IMG/VR virus record: IMGVR_UViG_3300037400_006508
Coordinates: 79,526-143,525 of that record
Source: a virus
Taxonomy: Duplodnaviria; Caudoviricetes
Direction: 5' to 3' (one strand)
Length of the DNA stretch: 64,000 bases
Position numbers and translations under genes: made by a program. The notes below the pieces were generated by a model. It did not search any database. It had not been told where the DNA came from and saw only the letters and a list, made by a program, of their open reading frames with translations. The stretch's first letter is position 1. Each line of letters opens with the position of its first letter. This document shows positions 22,651 through 31,451 of the stretch, piece by piece.

Positions 22651-25146
22651 ATGGCGAATAAATTCAGTTTCAAGTCGCTTCTTGCCGACGACCGGCTTGT
22701 TCCGGATCTGTGGCTTCACAAGGAGGCGCAGGAGCAGCCGGACGAGACGCAGTTCGCGCAGGACTTCGCTAACTTGGCGTTCCAGTTCATGCAGGACAGG
22801 GCGCCGGCCATGATGAAGTACCTTCTGGGCTTCGAGGTCGTGGACCGTGCGGAGAACGGAACGCGTGCCGTCGGTATTTTCGGGTTCAAGATCGACGGGG
22901 ACTATTTCTACGTTCCGGCGTTCTTCCTGAACTCCCAGGTCAAGGGCATCGATTCCATTCTTTCCAAGCGGACCAATTCGTTCGTGCCCCTTACGGAGGA
23001 ATGGATCAACTATATCATCAACAGGAAGGCGAACGAGCTTGGCAAGGAGGCCCCCAAGGAGACAACCGACGGAGACGGCCAGGCCGAGTTCGAGAATCCG
23101 AACTTCGATTTCCTCCGTACGCCGACCGTAGGTCCGCTCGGAGGATACAATTCCAGCTACAAGATAGCGGAGGACAAGTCCCCGTGGACCTTCGCGAAGG
23201 CGTGGGAGGTAATGAAGTCCGGTACCGAGGAGCATATGGAGAAGGACTCGGAGCTCCGCGAGGCGTTCGTCGGATTCTGCTGCGCCGTGAAGGGCGTCAG
23301 GTCGCCTATGCACAAATCCGCTTCTTCCCCGATACAGGAATTCATATCGAAGGTCGGCGGCCCTGCGTCCGAGCGCACGTTCATGCGTTCGCTGAAGAAC
23401 GTCAAGATGGCGAACGCCGCGTTGGAGTTCTACACCGGCCCGGAGGCGTTCCACGTGTCGTCCTACCCGAACCGCGGAAAGGACTGCTACCTTCTACGGA
23501 AGAAGGCCGAGGAGATTTCCGAGAAGGCCCCGAAGGTTGAAATCACCGACGACTCGCAGAGCGAGGAGGAGGCACGCGACGTAATAGAGGACGGATTCAC
23601 GGTGAGAGACAGACGCGACGAGGCGGAGAAGTCCGACGTCGTGTCTACCGACTACGAGAAGTCGTTCCAGAATCCGGACAAGCCAGGCGCGTACGACGTT
23701 CTTGTCACCGGAGGCGTCACGAAGAGGGCCTACGTGTTCGCGGCCGATCGCATGTTCCATCGCGGCGAGCGCGGTACGATGGTCGTCTACTTCCCGGACA
23801 ACAAGCAGGTCATCACGGCCAGGAACCGCGACATCTTCACCGAGGGCGGCTGCCAGGAGGAGATGCAGGACGTGTACGGAAAGGGCAAGGACATACAGGA
23901 CTGCGCCCTTCATGGTAAGTACATCTTCATCGGAAAGAACGGTGTATCCCTTCCCGAGTTCTACGTCAGCAATCTGAAGAGGGACAAGGGCGAGCGTCCT
24001 GTCATTTCCGGCAATTTCGAGTACTTCTCGGATCCAGACTGGCGTCCGGACTTCGACGACGATTTCACCAATTATTGGAAGGGTGACGAGTTCCATCACA
24101 GGAACGGCCTTACGAAGATTCGTCCGTCTGAAATGTCGTTCTGCGATGTAGAGCTTGCTTCGTTCACCGGATCGCCGAAGTTCACCGGAAGTTCGGTCGT
24201 GATGCCGTCCGATTGGAAGGCCCTGCAGGTCGGCGAGATCGAGCGCGGGTGGGACGAGTACGAGCCGATGTCCTCGACCGAGGAGGCGTTGAAGAACAAG
24301 GACAAGGTGACCTACAAGCTGGGTTCGCTTGATTCCCTGTCGTTCGACCTCCGCAAGGAGGGTGCCGCAAGGCTCGATCTACGCTCCGATGACGGTACCA
24401 CGTTCTATTTCAACATGGACAAGGCCCCGTCGTTCACGAGGCCGGTAGGGTACAAGCAGGCCGCGATTTCGCTCGTGACGAAGCTTGGACTCCGTTATCC
24501 GGATGCCAAGAAGCTGCTCAAGACGGCTGCTGTCGAAAGGAAGGCCGTGTGCCTCGTCAAGTTCGCGCAGATGTCTCCTCTGGTCGGTGTTTCGACCGGA
24601 GTACCTACCGAGCAGACGCCGGGCGTCGATCCGTACACGGGAATACCGGCGTACGATCTGCCGTTCATCGACAAGACCACGATGCCGTTCAACGGCGTCG
24701 AGCTTCCTCCGCAGGACAACCCGTACGGCGAGAACCTCGATGGCGAGATCTCGAGGCAGTCCGAGTCCGCAGGAGACGGTCAGGGGGAGGCGGAGTTCGA
24801 CGAGGAAGCCGCAGGACTCGCGCAGGACGCTGCGAAGCTCGGGCAGAAGCATGTGTTCGACAAGGCGGCGATCGGCGGTCTGGCGAAGGTGTACGACACA
24901 GGAGCCGTGATCGACTCCTATATACCGGAGTTCCTGACCGCCGTAGACAGGCTTGGTCGCGTGCTGTTTCTCTACTATTGGAAGCACAACGATTTCATCG
25001 AAAGGTACGGTACGGACGACGTCATCGAGATGGAGGACGTCCTTCGTGGTACCTTCAAGCAACTTGGGAAGCTTACGCTCGACCTCAAAAGGAAAGCCGT
25101 TGGCGGTGGGGATTCGGACGCCAGCATAGACACGATTGGAGCATAA
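22651..25146 (+). CDS. large KxA-rich putative virion (inner head) protein
   Basis: 831 aa with strong high-expression codon bias. HKEAQ, YKIA, HKSA, KKAE, YKQA, LKTA, VKFAQ. Confidence 0.7.
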   Translation: MANKFSFKSLLADDRLVPDLWLHKEAQEQPDETQFAQDFANLAFQFMQDRAPAMMKYLLGFEVVDRAENGTRAVGIFGFKIDGDYFYVPAFFLNSQVKGIDSILSKRTNSFVPLTEEWINYIINRKANELGKEAPKETTDGDGQAEFENPNFDFLRTPTVGPLGGYNSSYKIAEDKSPWTFAKAWEVMKSGTEEHMEKDSELREAFVGFCCAVKGVRSPMHKSASSPIQEFISKVGGPASERTFMRSLKNVKMANAALEFYTGPEAFHVSSYPNRGKDCYLLRKKAEEISEKAPKVEITDDSQSEEEARDVIEDGFTVRDRRDEAEKSDVVSTDYEKSFQNPDKPGAYDVLVTGGVTKRAYVFAADRMFHRGERGTMVVYFPDNKQVITARNRDIFTEGGCQEEMQDVYGKGKDIQDCALHGKYIFIGKNGVSLPEFYVSNLKRDKGERPVISGNFEYFSDPDWRPDFDDDFTNYWKGDEFHHRNGLTKIRPSEMSFCDVELASFTGSPKFTGSSVVMPSDWKALQVGEIERGWDEYEPMSSTEEALKNKDKVTYKLGSLDSLSFDLRKEGAARLDLRSDDGTTFYFNMDKAPSFTRPVGYKQAAISLVTKLGLRYPDAKKLLKTAAVERKAVCLVKFAQMSPLVGVSTGVPTEQTPGVDPYTGIPAYDLPFIDKTTMPFNGVELPPQDNPYGENLDGEISRQSESAGDGQGEAEFDEEAAGLAQDAAKLGQKHVFDKAAIGGLAKVYDTGAVIDSYIPEFLTAVDRLGRVLFLYYWKHNDFIERYGTDDVIEMEDVLRGTFKQLGKLTLDLKRKAVGGGDSDASIDTIGA

Positions 25147-25244
25147 AAGATGACAAGGTACGAACAAGGATTCCTCACCAAGTGCGCTTCGGCCAGAGTT
25201 CCGAAGAACGTAGCCTTCGCCCTTCTGAAGAGGGCGCAGGAAGC
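25146..25244 (+). repeat. direct repeat copy 1 (about 100 nt, leader-coding)
   Basis: Near-identical to 26326-26424 (atgacaaggtacgaacaagg...gccttcgcccttctgaagagggcgcagga). Confidence 0.9.
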
Positions 25245-25938
25245 CGGCTCGCAGGACGCGCAGCTCGGCTCACTGGATCAGGCCGAAAACGATTATCTTA
25301 AGCAACTTGGTAGGATGGAGAGTCTTGGCGAAGTTGATGACGATGGAAGTGGCAGCTCGGTAACTTTAAATCCGTTAGGCCATATATTTATGGACAGAGT
25401 GAAACGCATGGGTCTTACTGGTGGTCAGTACGATCAGCTATCGTATCCAGACGCACTTGCGAATATCCCGTGGAGTAATAAATTCGGACGCACTGTGCAT
25501 AGCGTGGTGGATCCGATTTATAGCGCATTTGTATCAGATCCGCTAGAGAGATCAATAACGAGTCCGAGGATAACGATGGACGAGCTTGAAGCCGCAAGGG
25601 CTGCGCAGGCTGAATGGGGTGCAAATCAGATATTCCCGGCTGGAACGAGGGCCAACAAGAAGATACAGGAGAGCCTTATAAACGCCGGCAGGAAGAATTA
25701 CCAGAATTGGCTTGACTGGGGTACGGGTGCGCCGAGAGACAAGTACGATCCTACAGGAATAGAAGGCATGAATCTTGGTGAACCTCCGGAGCCCGGTGTG
25801 GATTACACCGAGCGGTTTGATTACGGCTCAGGCGTCAATTCTCTTACGCCGAGGAATATCCCGAAGCAGGAACTTCTCAGGCAGTATCAGAATTCAATGG
25901 TAAGAAACGGGTCTGGCAATAGGTCTGGGGTGGCGTGA
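25150..25938 (+). CDS. putative internal head protein, MTxYExGFL-leader family
   Basis: MTRYEQGFLTKCASARVPKNVAFALLKRAQE. Paralogue of 26330..26944. Confidence 0.75.
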   Translation: MTRYEQGFLTKCASARVPKNVAFALLKRAQEAGSQDAQLGSLDQAENDYLKQLGRMESLGEVDDDGSGSSVTLNPLGHIFMDRVKRMGLTGGQYDQLSYPDALANIPWSNKFGRTVHSVVDPIYSAFVSDPLERSITSPRITMDELEAARAAQAEWGANQIFPAGTRANKKIQESLINAGRKNYQNWLDWGTGAPRDKYDPTGIEGMNLGEPPEPGVDYTERFDYGSGVNSLTPRNIPKQELLRQYQNSMVRNGSGNRSGVA

Positions 25939-25939
25939 G

Positions 25940-26311
25940 ATGGACGAAGACGAGAAGCAGGAGAAATTCCGCGAGGAGGTAAGGGAGTTTCTCGCAAGGG
26001 ACAAGTTGACCCTGGATAATCTTGTTATGAGGGTCGACAAGCTTGAGAAGACAGTGGTTCACGGCAATGGCGATCCGCCCCTTACGACTCAGATAGCCGC
26101 CATGCAGGTGCAGATGAACAATTTCAGGGACGAGCTGAAGGAAGTAAAGGACAAGATGGGCAAGCTGGATCAGATGTGCGTTGACGTGGCCAGCATAAAC
26201 GCAAAGCTTACGGCTAGGGCAAGCAGCAATGGCATGTGGATATGGGCGATCATCACGGTAGGAGCCGTAGTTTTGACGCCGATTCTAGAGCATTTCCTGT
26301 TCGGAAAGTAA
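25940..26311 (+). CDS. coiled-coil protein with single C-terminal TM (holin/XhlA-like architecture)
   Basis: LEKTVVHGNG, heptad region, then MWIWAIITVGAVVLTPIL. Confidence 0.55.
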   Translation: MDEDEKQEKFREEVREFLARDKLTLDNLVMRVDKLEKTVVHGNGDPPLTTQIAAMQVQMNNFRDELKEVKDKMGKLDQMCVDVASINAKLTARASSNGMWIWAIITVGAVVLTPILEHFLFGK

Positions 26312-26325
26312 AAGAGACAAGGAGA

Positions 26326-26424
26326 AAAAATGACAAGGTACGAACAAGGGTTTCTAACCAAGTGCGCTTCGGTCCGTGTTCCGAAGAACGTAGCCTTCGC
26401 CCTTCTGAAGAGGGCGCAGGAGGC
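26326..26424 (+). repeat. direct repeat copy 2 (about 100 nt, leader-coding)
   Basis: Near-identical to 25146-25244. Confidence 0.9.
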
Positions 26425-26944
26425 GAAGAATGATGACGCCGGTATAGGCGGTTACTCCGCTAATGGAATAAATTGGCTGGATACCGATCATGTTTTGGCG
26501 CCTAATCACAACTCATACGCAGGAAGACTTCTAGGGAATGCGAGAGGTGCTGAACGGATGGATTCCGGTAGATCAGGTATCAAAGCACCCAGATACTCTC
26601 CTGCCACTAATCTCTATTATGCAATGCCATCTTCAGACAATACCAATTCAGGTCCAATAAGCCAGCGTAGTCTTGACGGGATTAGAAGTAGTCAGGCCCA
26701 TCAGAACGCCGCGTCTATTGGATACTTCGGAGTTCCTCGAGATCGTATCATAAATAACCTTATTGAGGCAGGAAAGAAAAACCAGCAGAGCTACATCGAT
26801 ACCGGAACAGTCCCGAAGCGCGATACGCTCGATAGGACCGGCATAGAGACGCTGCAGCTCAGCCCGGAGGACGAGGCCCAGCTTCTGGAGATGCAGAATA
26901 CCATGGCTAGGAATTCAAGACGTGGTACGAACGTGACGGCGTAA
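26330..26944 (+). CDS. putative internal head protein, MTxYExGFL-leader family
   Basis: RBS AAGGAG. MTRYEQGFLTKCASVRVPKNVAFALLKRAQE. Confidence 0.75.
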   Translation: MTRYEQGFLTKCASVRVPKNVAFALLKRAQEAKNDDAGIGGYSANGINWLDTDHVLAPNHNSYAGRLLGNARGAERMDSGRSGIKAPRYSPATNLYYAMPSSDNTNSGPISQRSLDGIRSSQAHQNAASIGYFGVPRDRIINNLIEAGKKNQQSYIDTGTVPKRDTLDRTGIETLQLSPEDEAQLLEMQNTMARNSRRGTNVTA

Positions 26945-26963
26945 TGTCTTTAGTGAAACCAAA

Positions 26964-27314
26964 ATGACACAGAACTACGTAAACGGATTTTTCACCAAGT
27001 GCGCGGAACAAAGGGTTCCGTACGATATCGCCGTTGCGCTGTACAAGAAAGCAGGTACTACAGGATTGTACGAGGCTCCTGTAACTCCAGCTGTACGCGC
27101 TGCCTACAATACGGGCGCTGCGCTTGGTACGGCAACCCGTGCAATGATGCCCGGTGGCAAGACCGAGATGGTGAGAAGGGGTCTTGTGTCGTATCTTAAG
27201 AACAGAGCAACTAGAGCAGCGATGAAAAAGCGTGAGGCGCAGAAAGTTCCGGCGAATAACGCTGCGGACAAAGCGGCCAGAGCCGCTGCCGTTATGATGG
27301 GCACGCAGAAGTAG
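26964..27314 (+). CDS. small basic putative internal head protein, leader-family variant
   Basis: MTQNYVNGFFTKCAEQRVPYDIAVALYKKAG. Confidence 0.7.
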   Translation: MTQNYVNGFFTKCAEQRVPYDIAVALYKKAGTTGLYEAPVTPAVRAAYNTGAALGTATRAMMPGGKTEMVRRGLVSYLKNRATRAAMKKREAQKVPANNAADKAARAAAVMMGTQK

Positions 27315-27335
27315 TCCACACCGGCCAAGTAATGC

Positions 27336-28271
27336 ATGCGGATCAACGATACGGTCATAGTCACTCCGATCGACAATCCGGGTCAATTCGACCCGGATTG
27401 GCGTAATTCTATAGCATTAGCCCTGTCCGATTCGTCGGAGCGGATCGACCCGGTGTACATAAGGTACAAGTCGGATCCGTGGATACAGAAGCAGATGGCC
27501 TATTTTCGGGCCGTCAAGCGCGGTTTGACGTTGACAAGGGAGCAGACCCAGTTCAGACTTGCGTACCTGTGGTTCCAGGGAACGAACCTATCAGATGTCA
27601 GATTCAGGCTGGAGCCGTTGCTGCTTACTGCGGTCCCATACGATATCATAGCTTTGGATATACTTGGAGAGTGCGACGATATCCAGGCGATCAAGGCGTA
27701 CGAGAAGCTGTATTTCAACATCCGGGACGCGGAAGGCAGGCTGTCCAGGTCGTGCCAGCTGAAACAGTACTTCTCGCTTCCTTCCGGGCAGTTCGACAGG
27801 GACACTCCTCCGGAGCAGATGTGGAAGATGGTCGCATCCCTCATGGGGTACGACACGCTTGTGTCGATATGGCTGTGGAAGGACGCGCACGGGATAAAGA
27901 ACAATTCGCAGGAGTATCTTCTTGACGAGATGTGGCGCTTGGCGCAGTCCAGGTTGTTTATGTCCATGTTCGCCGACAGGGTCGGGCACGAGTCCATGGC
28001 GAAGCTTCTTTCGGCCGTATCCTCGCAGCAGAAGCTTCTGCGCGAGGGCAAGCACGAGGATGACAACGGAATCGAGACCATGCGTGCGTTGCAGGACATG
28101 CTGTATCTCGTGTCTCCCAGGGTCATAGACTCCACGGCGAAGGAGGTAGACGAGAAGATGAAGAGGGAGCAGGCCGTCCAGGCCCGCATGGATACCGAGA
28201 AGGCCGTTGACGCCGTAGTATTGGACGAGACAGGCAAGAATGGTGTAAAATTGATAGAAGAAAGGGCGTAA
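27336..28271 (+). CDS. hypothetical helical protein (function unknown; small-terminase-like role possible)
   Basis: 311-aa ORF upstream of the head module. Lacks the KxA enrichment of its neighbours. No diagnostic motif recognised. Confidence 0.55.
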   Translation: MRINDTVIVTPIDNPGQFDPDWRNSIALALSDSSERIDPVYIRYKSDPWIQKQMAYFRAVKRGLTLTREQTQFRLAYLWFQGTNLSDVRFRLEPLLLTAVPYDIIALDILGECDDIQAIKAYEKLYFNIRDAEGRLSRSCQLKQYFSLPSGQFDRDTPPEQMWKMVASLMGYDTLVSIWLWKDAHGIKNNSQEYLLDEMWRLAQSRLFMSMFADRVGHESMAKLLSAVSSQQKLLREGKHEDDNGIETMRALQDMLYLVSPRVIDSTAKEVDEKMKREQAVQARMDTEKAVDAVVLDETGKNGVKLIEERA

Positions 28272-28272
28272 C

Positions 28273-29724
28273 ATGTCTTTCAAGGAACAGCTTAAAAACG
28301 AGATACTGCCTAAGGCGGTTGAGTACTACAATAGTGGTACCGGGATCAACGAGTCGATCGTCAAGGCGGCGTCCGACTTCAATCTCAATCTGGAGCAGAC
28401 GTACCGTCTCCTGGAGACGATGAACACGGCCAGGACGATCGCGCACTACGAGAAGAACGCGGAGGACAGGACGCAGAACTTCGACATAGCCGACAAGGAC
28501 GTTGTTCGGAGGATGCTGTTCTCGGACGGTACCGAAAAGAAGGCGTCAGCCGACCAAGGCGGCTGGTTCGACTACTCTTCGTACGACTCGCCGGAGCGAG
28601 ACTACCTGGAGGAAAGGACGGACGGTTCCGTGTTCACGAAGGCCGCCGAAGCCAACGAGCCTGGAGTCAAGGAGTTCTCGCGCAGGCAGGTCATCGAGAA
28701 GGTTGCGTCGTACAAGAACGAGCTGACAGAGCAGCACAATTTCGCTTCTGGCCGCGAAGAGATGGCCAAAGACTGGCTTGCTACGTCCATATCCAAGCTT
28801 GCATCCGATCTGTCCCGCGGGTACGAGCCGGAGAGGCGGTACGCCATGTTCAAGGTGGCTTGCGGGAGGGGGGATGTCGTTTCTGCCGTCGAGAAGGCGA
28901 TGCATCCGTCGATCGTCAAGGACGCCGCCCCCCATGTCAAGACGCTAAGGCGTTCCAATGTTTTCGACCCTTCCGAGGTGGAGGAGCAGCTCAAGCTTGC
29001 AGAGGAGGTCTACGAGGGGTCCAAGCTGGTTGACAGGATACACTCCGTAGTCGAGTCGCTTTCCAGGAAGGAAGCGGAGGCTAGGGATCTCCTTGCCAAG
29101 TATCAGGCTACGCAGACGGAGGGAAAGCTCGATTTTTTCGGCTATAAGGAAGCCCAGCAGGGACCGGCCGGGCACCCGAGAAACCCACCGGGTAGAAATG
29201 GAAGGAACGGCGGCAACAACGACGATGACGACCATCATCACCATCGGGGGGCATGGTTTGGACGCGGCATAAAGGCAACGTACAACGCGCTTGCACCGGA
29301 TGTACGCGGAAATACTCTACAGACGAACATAAACGACTACATCTCCGGCAGCCTGCTCACTCCCGAGGCCATCAGCAAGATACTGGACAAGGAAGACAAG
29401 AAGGAGGACAGGACCCTTCGCGAAGAGATAGACAATATGCGCCGTAGCGCCATTCTTTCCGAATTGTACGCCGACGACGATATCATCAAGGAGGCCGACC
29501 CCAACGATGTTGCCAGTGCGTATAAGACCCTGGTGATGGCGGCTCCGGATCTTTCGCTCAACAAGGAGGCGGTAAGATCGGTCCTGCGCCAGTCCGTCAA
29601 TTCGGTAGCCGTGTCTCCGTTCGATGTCAAGCAGTGGGCCGATTACGACAAGACGGTTGCCGAGGCAAGGGAACACGGACTGAAGGCCGACTATTACGAG
29701 AGAGGACTGTTCAGGCAGGCATGA
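28273..29724 (+). CDS. KxA-rich helical putative prohead core protein
   Basis: 13 KxA motifs in 483 aa. Low-complexity NNDDDDHHHH segment. Confidence 0.7.
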   Translation: MSFKEQLKNEILPKAVEYYNSGTGINESIVKAASDFNLNLEQTYRLLETMNTARTIAHYEKNAEDRTQNFDIADKDVVRRMLFSDGTEKKASADQGGWFDYSSYDSPERDYLEERTDGSVFTKAAEANEPGVKEFSRRQVIEKVASYKNELTEQHNFASGREEMAKDWLATSISKLASDLSRGYEPERRYAMFKVACGRGDVVSAVEKAMHPSIVKDAAPHVKTLRRSNVFDPSEVEEQLKLAEEVYEGSKLVDRIHSVVESLSRKEAEARDLLAKYQATQTEGKLDFFGYKEAQQGPAGHPRNPPGRNGRNGGNNDDDDHHHHRGAWFGRGIKATYNALAPDVRGNTLQTNINDYISGSLLTPEAISKILDKEDKKEDRTLREEIDNMRRSAILSELYADDDIIKEADPNDVASAYKTLVMAAPDLSLNKEAVRSVLRQSVNSVAVSPFDVKQWADYDKTVAEAREHGLKADYYERGLFRQA

Positions 29725-30128
29725 AAATCAACGTGAAGCAGAACAGGATCAACTCGGTCCTGAGCGTGATCGTGTCCACGTCGGATTGGTCGAGGCACGA
29801 GCTGGATTCCATCGTAAGGTTCGGGGAGCCGACGATACAGATCGGCGGAAAGTTCGTCAAGCTGTGCACAAGATGCCTCGTACCGAGGTGCCCGTTCGAT
29901 GACAGCAACGATCTTCCTGAGAACTGCGAATTCTACGTCGCCGAGGCCGAGAAGAAGGTACGGAGCGACTTCCCGATCATGGTGGAGTTCGGCCCGGACG
30001 ATTTCGACGAGCCGGAACTCTGCGCCAGGTCGTGGACAGACGAGATAGTAGGCAGGATCGTAGACGCCGTCAGGGAGCTTCGGCAGACTTCAGCCGACAT
30101 AGTAAGGGAAGAGACGTACGAGGTCTAG
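29721..30128 (+). CDS. hypothetical protein (DSND-containing)
   Basis: ATG at 29721 overlaps the upstream stop (ATGA). CTRC..C..C cluster around DDSNDL. Confidence 0.65.
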   Translation: MKINVKQNRINSVLSVIVSTSDWSRHELDSIVRFGEPTIQIGGKFVKLCTRCLVPRCPFDDSNDLPENCEFYVAEAEKKVRSDFPIMVEFGPDDFDEPELCARSWTDEIVGRIVDAVRELRQTSADIVREETYEV

Positions 30129-30134
30129 CAGGAA

Positions 30135-31451
30135 ATGAACGAGATCGATGTAACCAGAAGCGACGTCGACCAGCTGTACAAGCTGGCGTTCCACAGTCGT
30201 TCCGGCCTAGAGAAGCAGGCGGACGGCGGAAATCCGTTGTACGGTGCGCTGATAGGCGGTGGTCTGGGGCTTATAAACCATGCGATAACGCCCAAGGATG
30301 AGGACGAGTCCGAGATCGGCAGGCTTCTCAGGCATGTGCTCGGAGGGGCCGCTCTTGGCGGACTCGCCGGATATGGCGTAGACGCGTTCAAGAGTTCCGG
30401 TGTCGGTCGTACCGTAAACAGCGTTGTGTCAGGCGACGATTCCGCCGGCGACAGCAAGCCAACGCAGAACTTACTAGACGTTCTTGGCCTTGGGAACAAG
30501 CCGGCACCGGCGGCCGATTCGTCTTCCGCAAGTGGAGCCGGCGGTGCATCAGCGGGAGGATCTTCATCGGGAGCATCCGGCGGTTCGTCCGGAAACGGCG
30601 GCCCGTCTTCCGGTGGCGGTTCGTCGCCGGCACCTGCGAAGGAGTATGATCCGAAAAAGTATCCGGAAAACGGAAATGCGGGCGAGATTTTCCAGTGGGG
30701 GCTGGATAATAAGGTTATTCCGGCAGCTATAACAGGAGTATCCGCAGAGGTAGCTCCAGCGGCCGCCGGTGCTGTATTGAAGGCAGACGCGAGGCGTGCG
30801 TCGCAAGCTGTCATAGACAGGGCTACAGCTGCTTCGAGGGAACCTGTTTCATTGGAAGTTACAAGGGACCCAACAACAGTTACTTTTGATCCGCCTCCGG
30901 CGCACGATATTGCGGGTAGAAACATAAATCCAAGGTCTGGCGGAGAAAATCCGCAACAAAGGACGGTAAGGGGCAGGCACGGCAGCACGGTTACTACAAC
31001 TGTGACGAATACGGAGCGGTTCAGCGACCTTCTTGATGCATCTAGACAAAATTTAAAAGGCGATAGACTTGTACAGCATCTTGTAGACAGAGGGTTGATA
31101 GATAGAGATATGGTCGATGGACTCCAGAGACTTAGATCTGGCAATAGAGCGGATAGGAGATTTGCTCGCCGTGTAGTCAGAGACTATGAAAGAGCTGTCG
31201 AGAAGGCAAGAAAAATTGAAAGAAGCGTAGATACTGTAGCAAGAAGGGGTACCTGGGGGTCTAAAGCGCGCATTGGTACAGAACGAACGCTGGGCAAAGT
31301 ACTAGCTAGTGGATTTCTACGCCATTCGTTGGCTGTTATTGGAGTTGGATACGAATTTTGGACCAATAATCACATGTCGCCGACGGGAACTGAAGTTGAA
31401 AACGCCTTCGATAAAGCAACGCGTTCGTTCGGTGGAGGAAACGGACTGTAA
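30135..31451 (+). CDS. glycine-zipper protein with KxA leader and variable C-terminal domain
   Basis: LYKLA...LEKQA, then GALIGGGLG / LGGAALGGLAGYG, a Ser/Gly linker, and an AT-richer Arg-rich C-terminal half. Confidence 0.7.
   Translation: MNEIDVTRSDVDQLYKLAFHSRSGLEKQADGGNPLYGALIGGGLGLINHAITPKDEDESEIGRLLRHVLGGAALGGLAGYGVDAFKSSGVGRTVNSVVSGDDSAGDSKPTQNLLDVLGLGNKPAPAADSSSASGAGGASAGGSSSGASGGSSGNGGPSSGGGSSPAPAKEYDPKKYPENGNAGEIFQWGLDNKVIPAAITGVSAEVAPAAAGAVLKADARRASQAVIDRATAASREPVSLEVTRDPTTVTFDPPPAHDIAGRNINPRSGGENPQQRTVRGRHGSTVTTTVTNTERFSDLLDASRQNLKGDRLVQHLVDRGLIDRDMVDGLQRLRSGNRADRRFARRVVRDYERAVEKARKIERSVDTVARRGTWGSKARIGTERTLGKVLASGFLRHSLAVIGVGYEFWTNNHMSPTGTEVENAFDKATRSFGGGNGL

Noticed and set aside
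22651-25146. Portal protein call based on size and position
   Set aside because: No portal-like features recognised, and the dense KxA pattern fits a processed core protein better. Left as unknown.
25146-26424. Diversity-generating retroelement template/variable repeat pair or insertion-sequence ends
   Set aside because: Differences are mostly synonymous and not adenine-specific. Both copies are 5' coding ends. No reverse transcriptase or transposase in the window.
28221-28251. Possible promoter TTGGAC-N19-TAAAAT before the 28273 gene
   Set aside because: Spacing is too long and the -35 is weak. Plausible but not supportable.
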